Source: an uncultured Gemmatimonadales bacterium (GTDB taxonomy: Bacteria > Gemmatimonadota > Gemmatimonadetes > Gemmatimonadales > GWC2-71-9). From it: a stretch of DNA of 64,000 nt. The notes below the pieces were generated by a model. It made no database searches, was not told the DNA's origin, and worked only from the letters and a program-made list of their open reading frames with translations. The DNA is taken from the NCBI GenBank assembly GCA_963821525.1, contig CAWGED010000008.1:128001-192000 (forward strand), written 5' to 3'. Shown here one piece after another: positions 1-11,586 of the stretch. How positions within the stretch are numbered: the stretch's first letter is position 1; each line of letters starts with the position of its first letter. Both the position numbers and the translations under genes were made by a program.

Positions 1-464
1 ACTTCGCGGCCGCCGACCGAGAAATCAACCAGGGTCAGATCCACCGCCAGGCCGAGGTTGTGGCGACTCCGGCTCGCGATATATCCGTCCTGGATCAGGT
101 GCATCTGCCCGGTCCGTCGCGCCCAGTCGACCATGGCCTGGGTAGCGCGCACGGGGCGATAACCATCGAAGATCTTGAGTCCCATGCCACCGCTCTCCAG
201 CCGTTGCTGAACCCGGTGGAGCGCCTCGGCGGCTTCTCTCCGGAGATAGGCCTTGTTGGCCTCGTATCCGGGGAGAACCGCGCCGGTGAAGTTGTTCGGC
301 GTGGAATAGCGCGCCTCGACCACGATGGTGCTGTCCTCGGCTCGGACATCCGCCAGCTCGCGCATGGCCACCGAATCGGGGGCGACGTACTGCGCCGAAT
401 CCTGACCGAAGAGAGGTCCGGCGATTGAGGCCGTGGCGACCAAGGCAGAAATCAGTTGATTCAT
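1..464 (-). CDS. D-alanyl-D-alanine dipeptidase (VanX/DdpX, peptidase M15D), 3' end outside window
   Basis: Manual translation from ATG at 464 (absent from ORF track): MNQLISALVATASIAG...ARYSTPNNFTG...LKIFDGYRP...SRSRHNLGLAVDLTL, with the SxHxxGxAxD zinc motif. Confidence 0.9.
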   Translation of the reverse strand, partial: MNQLISALVATASIAGPLFGQDSAQYVAPDSVAMRELADVRAEDSTIVVEARYSTPNNFTGAVLPGYEANKAYLRREAAEALHRVQQRLESGGMGLKIFDGYRPVRATQAMVDWARRTGQMHLIQDGYIASRSRHNLGLAVDLTLVDFSVGGRE

Positions 465-579
465 CGCGCGGAGGGTGTGGGTGACCGGACGTTGCCCGGA
501 TTGAAACGTACAATCTTCGCAGCTAAGCCATTTGGTGACAGGCTATTAGAGTAATCCGATAGCCGAGGTTAAAGCCATG

Positions 580-649
580 TGCTATCTTGTCCTCGCAGTT
601 GGCCGCGACGCCCCGGGTGATCTCCCTGAACCCGGGCCGTTTCCTTTTT
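580..649 (+). promoter_or_regulatory. Extended -10 promoter and leader hairpin/U-tract upstream of greA
   Basis: TG-c-TATCTT at 580-588; stem ACGcCCCGGGT/ACCCGGGcCGT at 608-640 followed by TTCCTTTTT. Confidence 0.5.
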
Positions 650-662
650 GTCGAGTCCACCA

Positions 663-1130
663 ATGTTACGCGAGATGCGTCAGAAGCTGAGCAGCGAGAT
701 CGGGCAGCTCAGTCACGAATTGAATGTGGTCATTCCCCAGGCGATCGCGCATGCGGTGGAGCTGGGTGACCTGCGGGAAAACTCGGAGTATAAGGCGGCC
801 CTGGAGCGGCAGCAGTTCGTCCAGGCCCGGCTGGGCCAGTTGCACCAGCGACTAAGCCAGCTGAGTCAGCTGGCCAACACCGAGATACCCACCGACCGGG
901 TCGGCCTCGGTTCCAAAGTCACGGTGGTGGACCTCAAGACCGACGAGACCGAGACCTACATGCTGGTGCTCGCCGAGATGATGGATCTCGATGCCGGTCA
1001 CATCTCCCTCGCCTCGCCGTTGGGCCGGGCGCTCAAAGACCGGAAGGTGGGCGATGAGATCGAGCTCCGGATTCCCCGCGGGATCCGGGCACTGCGGGTC
1101 GTCGAGTTGGAGACGGGGGTCGGGCCCTGA
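663..1130 (+). CDS. greA: Transcription elongation factor GreA/GreB family
   Basis: GDLRENSEY motif, coiled coil, C-terminal ISLASPLGRAL. Confidence 0.92.
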   Translation: MLREMRQKLSSEIGQLSHELNVVIPQAIAHAVELGDLRENSEYKAALERQQFVQARLGQLHQRLSQLSQLANTEIPTDRVGLGSKVTVVDLKTDETETYMLVLAEMMDLDAGHISLASPLGRALKDRKVGDEIELRIPRGIRALRVVELETGVGP

Positions 1131-1147
1131 CCGACTCTGATCGGCTT

Positions 1148-1516
1148 ATGGAATTCCCCAAGAAGCAGCTGCTCCTGGTAGGCGACCGGGTCCTCATCAC
1201 TCCCGAGGAAGGTGAGGACCGGATGCGGGCCGGCCTGTACCTGCCGCCGACCGCGGTGGATGCCATGCAGGTGCAGTCGGGGTTGGTCATCGCGGTGGGC
1301 CCCGGCGATCCGGTTGCCGACATGAGCAGCAGCGATGATGAGCCCTGGAAGATCGGCGAACGCCAGCCGCGCTGGCGCCCCATGCAGGCCCGGGTGGGAG
1401 ACCACGCCATCTTCTTCCGGAAGGCGGCGGTGGAGATCACGTTCGAGGAAAAACGGTACCTCGTCGTTCCCCAGGCCGCGATACTCGTTCTAGTTAGAGA
1501 AGAGATGCCAATTTGA
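1148..1516 (+). CDS. GroES/Cpn10-family co-chaperone without adjacent groEL
   Basis: VGDRVLI...GLYLP...GLVIAVGPG...VGD...YLVV...IL pattern. Confidence 0.8.
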   Translation: MEFPKKQLLLVGDRVLITPEEGEDRMRAGLYLPPTAVDAMQVQSGLVIAVGPGDPVADMSSSDDEPWKIGERQPRWRPMQARVGDHAIFFRKAAVEITFEEKRYLVVPQAAILVLVREEMPI

Positions 1517-1595
1517 TTGAAGATTGAAGATTTCAGATTTAAGATTTGCAGGTTCAAGCCGATCATTAGTCGAAAGTCTTCAATCTGCAATCTCC
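1513..1595. repeat. Inverted heptamer tandem repeat (GAAGATT)n...(AATCTKC)n
   Basis: gaagatt gaagatt tcagatt taagatt ... agtcttc aatctgc aatctcc. Confidence 0.8.
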
Positions 1596-1609
1596 GACCA
1601 ATTCCCACC

Positions 1610-2119
1610 ATGCCCCTAACCCGCTTCCCCGACCACGAAGACAAGCGGGTCTTCCTGTCCACCGTCCTCTCGTTCAACCTGCCTCCCCCGGATGGCGCGC
1701 ACAGCGACCGCCTTTCCGTGGCCGTCTTGTGGGTCGATCGGGACACCCCATCCGCTGACGAACTGAGCCCTGACTTCGCCATGGAATTGCTGGACCATGG
1801 CGCCCTGGCCCTGGTACTTGGTGGAAGCGCCTCCGAGCAGACCGCGGCACTCTTCGAGCAGACCATCGAGGATGGAGAGTTCGTGCGCGGTCCCGACGAG
1901 GAGATCAGCATCTGGGTCGATCCCGAGGCCCCGCTCGACGAGGTGCTCTGGACGGCGGCCGAAGAGGCCATGCCCCCGGACGCCTTCGCCGACCGGCCCT
2001 GGGATATCGTCTGCTGGGCCCGGAGCGGCGATGCCATGGTGGCCAAGCTGCGTGATGCGCTGGCGCGGCTCGGTGCCATTGTAGATGATCGCTACGAGCT
2101 GGGTGGTGACGACGAATGA
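1610..2119 (+). CDS. Hypothetical acidic protein
   Basis: Clean ORF from ATG 1610; stop overlaps next start (ATGA); upstream extension is repeat-derived. Confidence 0.7.
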   Translation: MPLTRFPDHEDKRVFLSTVLSFNLPPPDGAHSDRLSVAVLWVDRDTPSADELSPDFAMELLDHGALALVLGGSASEQTAALFEQTIEDGEFVRGPDEEISIWVDPEAPLDEVLWTAAEEAMPPDAFADRPWDIVCWARSGDAMVAKLRDALARLGAIVDDRYELGGDDE

Positions 2120-2493
2120 GCAGCTTGCCCCAGCGTGCCTACCGGTTTGGCATGTGGGGGCTCGTGGCACTCGGCCTGCCCGGACTCTTCGCCGCATTCC
2201 TCGGCGCACTGCGGATAATCCCTCTCCCCCTCGGCATCGCGGGAGGCTTCACCTTCCTGACTTGCGCGTTGCTCGGTGCGCTTGTGGGACTTCAGGCACG
2301 GCGCCAGATGCAGCTGCAGCGAGAGCGGGAGAACTACTCGACAATGCTCATCATCCTCGCCAATCAATTGCGAGTCCAGGATGATGTCGTGCTGCAACGG
2401 ATCGCCGGAAAGGGCGGTCCGGCGGGAGAGGCGGCGGAGATGGTGCTTCAGGGGAGACGGGAGAAGGGAGACAGGAGACAGGGGAACAGGTGA
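2116..2493 (+). CDS. Hypothetical membrane protein (2 TM)
   Basis: Two hydrophobic segments; translationally coupled to upstream gene. Confidence 0.7.
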   Translation: MSSLPQRAYRFGMWGLVALGLPGLFAAFLGALRIIPLPLGIAGGFTFLTCALLGALVGLQARRQMQLQRERENYSTMLIILANQLRVQDDVVLQRIAGKGGPAGEAAEMVLQGRREKGDRRQGNR

Positions 2494-2623
2494 ACGGGGA
2501 ACGGTGAACGGGCGTTTTCCGAGATCGATCAGGCTCTGGCGGACGAGGTGTCCGACTAGTTGCTCTGACCCCTGACCACCTGACCCCCGTTCCCCGTTCC
2601 CCGTTCCCCGTTCCCGTTCTCCA
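2452..2623. repeat. Inverted heptamer repeats (GGGAGAC/GGGGAAC)n...(CCCCGTT)n around a ~55-bp spacer
   Basis: gggagac..ggggaac ggtgaac at 2452-2511; ctgaccc..ccccgtt x4 at 2566-2623. Confidence 0.8.
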
Positions 2624-2630
2624 TTCGTGA

Positions 2631-3152
2631 ATGTGCTTCCACCTCTACCTCGCCAGTCCCCTCACGCTGAGCGAGGTCCGGTCCATGCTGCCGAAGGGGC
2701 TCGCCGCCGATCTGCTCGATCCGGGGGAGCAACGGGCGTTGAAGCAGCTTCACCCCGATGCGCAAACGGTTGCGCGACTGGTCCACGGCGCCTGCTCCTG
2801 CGATCTCGTGGTCCAACGGCACCCGGTGAGCCGGGAAGACGAGGCCTGGCTCCGGCGCCGCTACCGGGAGCAGGGGCTCCCGAGAACCGCAGTCCTCGCT
2901 GCGCTGGAGCGCCACCGCCGAGCCGCTGCCGAGCGACCCCAGCCCGCGGGTTTCTGGCCGCGCCAGGTTGCCGACTTCGTGGTCGAGCACGCACGCAATG
3001 CGGGCCCTACCCTCTACTATCTCCACTTCTCGCACGACGGCACCCTCGGAGTTCTTCCCCCGGGCGAGCCGCAGGCTCAGCGCGCCAGCGAAGTTCGGAT
3101 GAACCCGGAGGGCTGGCTCCAGGAAGAAAGGCAGGTTCTGGTCCTGCCCTGA
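2631..3152 (+). CDS. Hypothetical protein with HGACSC motif
   Basis: 173-aa ORF with protein-like composition, same strand as neighbours. Confidence 0.65.
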   Translation: MCFHLYLASPLTLSEVRSMLPKGLAADLLDPGEQRALKQLHPDAQTVARLVHGACSCDLVVQRHPVSREDEAWLRRRYREQGLPRTAVLAALERHRRAAAERPQPAGFWPRQVADFVVEHARNAGPTLYYLHFSHDGTLGVLPPGEPQAQRASEVRMNPEGWLQEERQVLVLP

Positions 3153-3198
3153 CGCGGCGGAAGGAAATGAGGCATCTTCCAGCCAGGGAACGGGCGCT

Positions 3199-3618
3199 AT
3201 GTCTCATACCTCGCGGCTTTATCTGCGCGCGCTGCAATTGCGCTGTCCCGCCTGTGGCGGCAGGCCTGTGTTCGTCTCCTGGTTTCGCATGTGCCCCAAT
3301 TGCCCCTCATGTGGGCTGCACTTCGATCGGGAGCCGGAGGGCGGCTACTGGGTGGGCTCCTACACGATCAACCTGATGCTGACGGAAGCGGCACTCGCGG
3401 CGGCCTTCCTCATCGGGATGTGGGTCACCTGGCCCCAGCCGCCCTGGGATCTGCTGGTGTACGGCGATATCGCCGTCGCTGCAATCGTGCCGGTCCTGGT
3501 CTTTCCCTATTCGAAGACCCTCTTCATTGCCGTGGATCTCACCTTTCGCCCGAAAGAGCCTGAGGACTATGAGACTCCACGCGAGATCGCACCCCACCCC
3601 ACCCGCCCTCGCCGCTGA
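3199..3618 (+). CDS. DUF983-like zinc-ribbon membrane protein
   Basis: CPACG...CPSCG followed by two TM helices. Confidence 0.8.
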   Translation: MSHTSRLYLRALQLRCPACGGRPVFVSWFRMCPNCPSCGLHFDREPEGGYWVGSYTINLMLTEAALAAAFLIGMWVTWPQPPWDLLVYGDIAVAAIVPVLVFPYSKTLFIAVDLTFRPKEPEDYETPREIAPHPTRPRR

Positions 3619-3630
3619 GATACGACCGGG

Positions 3631-3970
3631 ATGCCAATGTTGCGCGTGACTGCCCTCTCGATTGCCGCCATCGGCGGCGCGCTGGGTCTTGCCTGCGGTA
3701 CGTCGTATGTGCTGGCGTCTCGGACCGCTTCGAAGGCGGCGGCCCGGATTGCACCGGATCTGGGACCGGTCGAGTCCGACTTCGGTTTCCATTATCACGC
3801 AGCAGGAGAGGGCGAGAAGACTGGGCTGGGAATTCACCTACGGACCCAGCGGGGCGATGGGCCCGGTGACGCTCGAACTCTACATCGGCGTGGGTGGCCG
3901 GCTGTATCAGACTCAACCGCCCGAAGCGCTCGATCGGCTGAAGACTTCCAGATCCCCAGGTTCCAACTAG
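3631..3970 (+). CDS. Hypothetical secreted/lipoprotein, frameshift near 3795
   Basis: Signal-like N-terminus (LGLAC) in ORF 3631, plausible C-terminus in ORF 3662..3970. Confidence 0.45.
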
Positions 3971-4011
3971 CCACACCTCCCCCTCATCGTAGGCTCGGCG
4001 CGTTCGCCGTC

Positions 4012-4041
4012 TTGACAATCCCGGCTAGCGCGCCTTATCTC
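4012..4041 (+). promoter_or_regulatory. Putative sigma70 promoter of susC/susD
   Basis: TTGACA at 4012 with TTATCT/TATCTC 17-18 bp downstream. Confidence 0.45.
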
Positions 4042-4103
4042 GGCCTTCGCAGACCCCGTCGTCCTTCACCGCAAAATTCGCTAGAGCAACCACGGAGGGG
4101 CCT

Positions 4104-7068
4104 ATGAAGCCTCGATTGGTATGGCTCGCAGCCGCGTACCTCGCGTTAGCGGGGACGTCTCTGGCTGCCCAGGAGCGGGTACTAACAGGGACGGTAACCG
4201 ATTCGGCCACAGGAGATCCCATCGCAGGGGCGTCCATCGGGATTCAGGGTACCCGAATAGCGACGCATACCAATGCCAGCGGCGTGTTCAACCTGGCGGC
4301 CCTTCCCGATTCCGATCTCACGGTGATGATCCGGTTCATCGGCTACCGCAAGCGGGACATCGTAGTACCGGCCGGTCAGACCACCATGACGGTTCAACTG
4401 GTCAAGGACCTGTTCAAGCTGGAAGAGATCGTGGTGACCGGGCAGGCCACCGGGATCGAACGGAAGAACATCGCAACCTCGGTCGCGACCGTGTCGGCCG
4501 ACGAAATGAACATTACCCCGTCGGTCAGCGTCGAGTCGCAGCTGGTGGGCAAGGTCGCGGGGGCAGATATCCAGAGCAATGGGGGAGCGCCCGGTGGCGG
4601 CCTGCAAATGCGCCTCCGCGGTACGACCTCGATCAACGCGTCCGCTTCGCCGCTCTACGTCGTGGACGGGATCGTGGTGAGCGATATCGCGATTCCCTCC
4701 AATCAGAACGCCGTGACCAAGGCGGCAGCGGGGGGCAATACGTCGCCCGACCAGGATGCGCAGGTGAACCGCATCGCCGACCTCAACCCCGAAGACATTC
4801 AGTCAGTCGAGATTCTGAAGGGCGCCGCCGCCTCGGCCATCTACGGAGGACGGGCGTCGAACGGCGTCGTGATCATCAGCACCAAGCGAGGCCAGGTCGG
4901 CAAGCCGCAAGTGAACCTGACCCAGCGGTTCGGTGTCTCCGAGTTGGAGCGTACGGTCGGCTCCCGCACTTTCGAGACGGCGGCCGAAGTCGACTCCACC
5001 TATGGAGTAGGCACCGCCGCCGCAACGGGCTACACCACCGGTCTGTCGAACGACCTCGAGTAACAGCTCGCCCATCGGAAGGACCTCGCCGCCGAGACCT
5101 ATATCAGCGTCAGTGGCGGTGGAGAGGGTACCCGGTACTACGTCGCCGGCCAGGTTCAGAACACTCCAGGGATCATCGACAACACCGGATATCAAAGGCA
5201 GTCGGTGCGACTGAACCTCGACCAGGTACTCGGCTCCCGAATTCACGGCTCGCTGAACGCCAACGTAGTGCATACCCTGGCCCAGCGCGGCCTCACCAAC
5301 AACGACAACTCCGGCACCAGCTTCGGAGTGGTGTTCTCGAGTACGCCGGACTTCACCAATCTGACGCGCCGGAACGACGGCACATTTAACCTCAATCCTT
5401 TTGTGCCGAGCAACCCGCTGCAGACCGCGGCGCTGATGAAGAACGACGAAACGGTATGGCGCTTCTTCTCATCCGCCGCGGTGGATTTCGACCTGGTCAC
5501 CAACAAGAACAATTCGCTCAAGCTGATCGCCATCGGCGGCCTGGACTACTTCAGCCAGGAAAACGAGCTCTTCTTCCCCCCGGACTTGCAGTTCGAGCCG
5601 AATGACGGCGAGCTGGGGACCTCGCTCCTCAAGGAAAGCGACAATCTCAACCTCAACCTCGACCTGAATGCGGTTCATACCTACACGCCGTCGAGCCGTA
5701 GCTGGAGCGCCAGGACGTCGGCGGGGATCCAGACAACCCGTCGCGATCTCGGCGTCCTGCAGAACGAGGGATACAACCTGGTCGGTGGGCAGGAAAGCAT
5801 CGATGCCGCCACCCGCAAAGTGGTGCTCCGCAATCAGGAGCTGGTGAAGAACCTGGGGTATTTCCTGCAGGAAGACTTCCTGGCCGACAAGGAACGCTGG
5901 CTGTTAAGCCTGGGGGTCCGGGCCGACCAGAGCAGCCTCAATTCGGACGCCAGCCAGCTGTTCTGGTACCCGAAGGCGGCGACGTCGTACCGGTTTGTGA
6001 AACCGGCCGGCTTCCTCGACGAGCTGAAGCTGCGGATTGCCTATGGCGAGTCCGGTCTGGAACCCGACTACGGCCAGAAGTTCACCCCGCTGGACGCCTC
6101 CCAGAACATCGGCGGGCTTCCCACCATCGTGGTCCTGGGAACCATCGGCGCCCCTGACCTCCACCCCGAGCGGGAGCGGGAAATCGAGGGCGGCTTTGAC
6201 GCTTACTTGTGGAACCAGACCGCGACACTCGAGTTCAGCGTCTACCAGAAGAACCTCAGCGATCTGCTGGTCCCTCGCGCGCTGCATGAGTCATCGGGCT
6301 ACATCACCGAGTTCCTCAATGGCGGCGCGATGAAGACCCAGGGACTCGAGATCGCGGCGGCGGTCCAGCCGATCCAGAAGCGGAACTTCAACTGGCTGAG
6401 CCGGGCCACTTTCTCCACCACCAAAACCAACATCACGGAGCTCGACGTGCCCGCGTTCGAGACCGGCGGCTTCGGCACTTCGATTGGCGCTTTCAAGATC
6501 GAAAAAGGTGCCAGCGCCACGCAGATCGTGGGTAACGACACCACAGCCAACGGCAGCATTGTTGTGCACAAGGTAGGTGAAGCCAACCCCAACTTTCGGA
6601 TGGGGTTTGTGAACGATTTCGTGGTTCATGATTTCACCCTGCACACCTTGCTCGATTGGCAGTACGGCGGCGACATCCTCAACCTCACCAAGCTGCTCTA
6701 CGATTTCGGCGGAGTCACCAAGGACTTTGACACGCCGATCTCCGGCAGCAGCGAGACGGTGGGACAGCGCCGGCTCAGAGGATTCGGCCAAGATGACCAA
6801 GAACTGGATCGAGAGCGCCAGTTTCCTGAAGCTGCGGGAGATCGCGCTCACCTATAACCTGCCCTACAGCGTCGTCGGCGGACTCTGGCGGGGTGCCCGG
6901 TACGCCCGGTTTACGGTGGCCGCCCGGAATCTGTTCCTCGATGTGCCGTACGACGGGTACGACCCGGAAGTCAGCAACTTCGGCAATCAGCCGATCGCGC
7001 GGAACATCGACGTCGCACCCTTCCCGCCGAGCCGCAGTTTCTGGTTCAGCGTGGATATCGGCTTCTAA
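4104..7068 (+). CDS. susC: SusC/RagA-family TonB-dependent outer membrane transporter (in-frame TAA at 5061, frameshift ~6780)
   Basis: N-terminal extension domain, EEIVVTG, PLYVVDG, EILKGAAASAIYGGRASNGVVIISTK plug motif, C-terminal SVDIGF; ORFs 4104, 5205 and 6628 stitch together. Confidence 0.92.
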
Positions 7069-7091
7069 CTCGACGCCCTGAGGAAACTGCC

Positions 7092-8491
7092 ATGAGAACG
7101 CTCAAGATCACGGCACTCACGGGGCTGCTGCTCGCCAGTGGGTGCAACACGCTGGATGTACCGGATCTCAACAACCCCGGGCAGGACGAGCTGGAGAACC
7201 ACCCGACCCGCGCGGGAGTCCTCGCCGCGACGACAGGGATGCTCTTCGGTACCCGGCTCGGTATGGCGGATCAGAACGGATACATCATGGAACTGGGGAT
7301 TCTCGGCCGGGAGTCATACAACCTGGATCCCGCCGACCCTCGCTTTGTGACTGAACTCCTGGTTGGGCCGCTCGACGGAGGCAGCAACGCCTTCGGCGGC
7401 AATCTCTTCGCCCAGCCGTATGCCGATATCCGGGGTGGTAACATCGTACTCCGGGCACTCGCCAAGCTGCCCGCCTCGGCGATGACGACCGAGGAGATCG
7501 AGGCGACAACCGGCTTTGTGCAGACCATCCAGGCGCTCGATTTTCTCCACGTGATTAGTACCCGGGACGATCTCGGCGCGCCGATTGATGTGGATATCGA
7601 CCCGGTAGCAGCGCCGGCCCCGATTGCCACCAAGGCCGAGGTATATACCCACATCGTGAACCTGCTCGATTCGGCCGAGACGCACCTGGCGGCCGGCGGC
7701 ACTGTCTTTCCATTTCCGCTCAGTAACGGGTTCATAGGATTCGACACTCCGGTGAACTTCGCAAAGTTCAACCGGGGGCTCCGGGCCCGGGTCGCGATCT
7801 ATATGGACGATTTCGCCGGCGCGTTAACCGCGCTGCAGGGATCGTTTCTCAATACCGCAGCACCGCTGGGGCTGGGGGTCTACTACGTCTACTCCACGAC
7901 CGCCGGCGATCGGGTGAACTTGCTGTTTGACAATAGCGTTCCTGACACAACGCAGCCGCGGGCGCTGCAGGCCCACCCCTCGATTCTGACCGACGCGCAG
8001 CTGCAGGCAGGCGGTGCGCTGGATCAGCGGGCCCTGGACAAGACCGAGGTCTTTATACCACCCACGAACGACCTCGGTATCCCGACGAACCTGAAGTTCA
8101 CGATCTATCAGACCAATTTGGATCCGATTCCAATCATGAAGAACGAGGAATTGATCCTGTTGCGGGCCGAAGCCAACATCGGCTTGAACCAGTTGGGTGC
8201 CGCGGTCACGGATATCGACTTGATCCGGACCACGTCAGGGAACCTCCCGCCGTACTCCGGCACGGTGGACCAGCCCTCGCTGTTGACGGAGCTGTTGTAC
8301 AACAAGCGCTATTCGCTGCTCCTGGAAGGTGGCTACCGCTGGATCGACCTCCGGCACTACGGGTTGCTCAACACGCTTCCCAGGGATCTGCCGAATTTCA
8401 AGATCTTCACCCGGATGCCGTTCCCGCGGAACGACTGCCTGGCCCGGAATCCGACGCCAGCGTGGGATGTGCCCTGGAGCCAGGGTTCTAG
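7092..8491 (+). CDS. susD: SusD/RagB-family lipoprotein (probable frameshift ~8462; true stop likely TAG 8489-8491)
   Basis: Lipobox LASGC; NEELILLRAEA and KRYSLLLEGGYRWIDLR motifs; terminator follows 8491. Confidence 0.88.
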
Positions 8492-8517
8492 AGGAAGCTC
8501 GACAGTACCGAAAAACA

Positions 8518-8560
8518 CGAATGACCCTCCGGCGATCGTTGCCGGAGGGTCGTTCGTTTT
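8518..8560 (+). terminator. Intrinsic terminator after susD
   Basis: CGAATGACCCTCCGGC/GCCGGAGGGTCGTTCG stem then TTTT, A-tract on the 5' side. Confidence 0.85.
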
Positions 8561-8693
8561 ATCGGCCAGTGACGCTTAATCAATCAGCTGAATCGCAGGT
8601 GGGCTTTTTCCATCATCGACCAGTTTTTCGCCTCGACCGTCTTGTCCGTCCCGTCCGCCTTTATAATTCCTCCAGGAATCTTGGAGAACGCCA

Positions 8694-10362
8694 TTGTCCC
8701 ACGACCCGCACGCAACCACCCCGCTCGACCGCGGCCGAGCATCGTTTGAACGAAAGGCCTGGGGCAGCGCCTACCGCGAGCTGAATGCCGCGGCGCGCGA
8801 TGCCGCACTCTGCGCCGAAGACCTGGAGCGGCTCGCCTTCACCGCCCGCCTGCTCGGCAACCAGACCGAATGTGCCGACCTGCTGGCCCGCGCCCACCAG
8901 GAATTCCTCAATCAGGGCGAGACGGCACGCGCGGCGCGAGCCGCGATCTGGCTCGCCTTCCATTCCCATTTCAGAGGAGAAGTGGCCCGCGGCAACGGCT
9001 GGGTGGCCCGGGCCAACCGGATCCTGGAAGCTCATGCAGCAGGAGTGCGTCGAGTCGGGCTACCTGCTCCACCTCTCCGCGGTTCAAACGTTCTTCGAGG
9101 GCGACGCGGCGAAGGCCCACGCCCTGTTTGTCGAAGCCACGAAAATCGGCGAGCGCTTTGGAGATCGGGACCTGATGACGCTGGCGCGGCATGGTCAGGG
9201 CCGGGCACTCATCCGGATGGACCAGGCGACGCGGGGAGTCTCTCTGCTGGACGAGGCCATGGTCGCGATTACGGCCGGCGATGTCTCCTCCGCCATCGTC
9301 GGCGACGTGTACTGCAGCGTGATCGAAGGATGCCACGAGATCTTCGACCTGCGTCGAGCCCAGGAGTGGACCACGGCGCTCGCGGAGTGGTGTGCTTCAC
9401 AGCCCGACCTGGTGCCTTATCAGGGAAGCTGTCTGGTCCATCGTGCTCAGATCCTGCAGTTGCACGGAGCCTGGGACGAGGCCATGGACGAGGCGCGGCA
9501 GGCCCGCGAACGGTTCTCCAATCCTCCGGGACAGCGCGCGATCGGTGGAGCGTACTATCTGTTGGGAGAGCTGTTTCGTCTCACCGGTGATTATCGCCGA
9601 AGCGGAACAGGCCTATCTCGCGGCGGGTCATCATGGACTCCAGCCGGAGCCGGGACTGGCTCAACTCAAGCTGGCCCAGGGCGACGAGGCACGCCGCAGC
9701 GGGAGCGATACGCCGCTCACTGAAGGAGGTCACGGGACCTCCGAAGCTCCGGCGCACCGGCTCTCGCCGGCCGCGGTAGACATCATGCTGGCAGCGAAAG
9801 AGACTCGCCGAGGCGCGTGTCCGCGGCCGACGAGCTCGCGAGAATGGCGAAGCATCTCGATGCCCCATACCTGCTGGCTGCGGCCGCCCAAGCCGAAGGG
9901 AATGTTTTGCTCGCTGAAGGGAAACCCAACGATGCATTGACCGAGCTGCGCAACGCCTGGCAGCTCTGGTGCGCACTCGAGGCGCCCTACGATGCGGCCA
10001 GATCACGGGTCGCGATCGGTCTCGCCTGTCGCGCGATGGGAGATCCCGCCACCGCGGAACTCGAATTCGAGGCCGCTCGACGCGAGTTCCAGCGCCTCGG
10101 CGCCCAGCCGGACCTGGAAGGCCTGCGGCGTCTTACTGCGCCAACCGATTCAGCTGCGGGCGGGCTGACCCTGCGCGAGGTGGAAGTGCTTCGCGAGATT
10201 GCGGCCGGAAAGTCCAATCGGAAGATCGCGGAGGACCTGGGGATCAGCGAGAAGACCGTAGCGCGTCACGTAAGCAACATCTTCACCAAGTTGGGTTTAT
10301 CGAGCCGAGCCGCGGCGACGGCCTACGCCTACCAGCATCACCTGGTCAATTCGGCTACATAG
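8694..10362 (+). CDS. LuxR-family transcriptional regulator with TPR-like N-terminus (several frameshifts)
   Basis: C-terminal LTLREVEVL...GKSNRKIAEDLGISEKTVARHVSNIFTKLG HTH; ORFs 8694, 8785, 9392 and 9817 stitch. Confidence 0.85.
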
Positions 10363-10478
10363 AAATACCCACGGCGTTTCCCGACGCCGGATGGCCACTT
10401 CGCCCGATGCGGCGAGGACCCGCCTTTCCTATCATCTCTCCGTCTATTGAGTCACCGGTTTCTCGAAGGGAGATGATC

Positions 10479-11572
10479 ATGCAGGGTAACGAACGGTTCC
10501 AGGTCGTGATCGTGGGCGGCGGTCAGGGGGGTCTCGCGGTCGGGTATCACCTCGCCCGGCGAAAGATCCCCTTTGTCATTCTCGACGCAAACCCGAGAGT
10601 GGGCGACTCCTGGCGGAAACGCTGGGACTCGCTGCGTCTCTTCAGTCCCGCGCTTCTACGATGGCCTTCCGGGTCTTCGATTCCCCGCTGGCCCCGGTGC
10701 GAAGCCGACCAAGGACCAGATGGGGAATTACCTCGAAGGGTACGCATCGCACTTCAAGCTGCCGGTGCGCTCCGGCGTCCGAGTCACTCGACTCTCGAGG
10801 CAGGGCGACCATTTCCTGGTGGAGGCAGGAGAGGAAGCGGTTCGAAGCGGAGCAGGTGGTGATCGCCACGGGAAACTATTGCCGGCCACGGATCCCGCGG
10901 TTCGCGCCGGAGCTCGACCTGGGGATCGTGCAGTTTCACTCGAGCCAGTACCGGAACCTGTCACAGCTCGCTCCCGGCGGAGTCTTGATAGTTGGCGCGG
11001 GCAATTCGGGAGCGGAGATCGCGATTGAGACGGTGAAGAAACATCCCACGTGGCTCGCAGGCAAAGAAACCGGAAACGTGCCGTTCCGGGTGGACAGTCT
11101 CGCCGGGCGCTTCCTCTTCGTGCACCTGATCCGCGCACTCGGCCACAACATCCTCAACGTGGACACGCCGATCGGGAGAAAGGTGAGGCCCAGGATGCTG
11201 CTGCGGGCGACACCGCTGGTCCGGGTCAAGCCGAAGGATCTCATCGCGGCGGGCGTCAAGAGAGTGCCACGAGTGATCGGGGTGGAGCGCGGTCTGCCCA
11301 AGCTCGAGGATGGACAGGTCCTGCAAGTCGAGAACGTGATCTGGTCCACCGGCTTTCTGCCGGGTCTCGAGTGGGTGGATCTCCCGATCTTCGGCGTAGA
11401 TGGCGCGCCGTTGCACGATCGGGGCATCGTGACGAGCGAGCCCGGACTCTACTTCGTGGGACTCCACTTCCAGTACAGCCATGACGTCGGATCTGATCAA
11501 CGGAGTGGGGCGGGATGCGAAATGGGTGGCAGAGGCGATTGCGGAGCGGAAGGAGACGATCCGGCGGCGTGA
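10479..11572 (+). CDS. Flavin-containing monooxygenase / NAD(P)/FAD-dependent oxidoreductase (frameshifted)
   Basis: VIVGGGQGG, WRKRWDSLRLFSP, FHSSQYRN, VGAGNSG, TGF, LYFVG motifs. Confidence 0.85.
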
Positions 11573-11586
11573 GGTGGGGCGGGAAT

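Noticed and set aside
5061..5063. Stop-codon readthrough or recoding at the in-frame TAA in susC
   Set aside because: Isolated case; TAA ends other genes normally here; a base-call error or recent nonsense mutation is more likely
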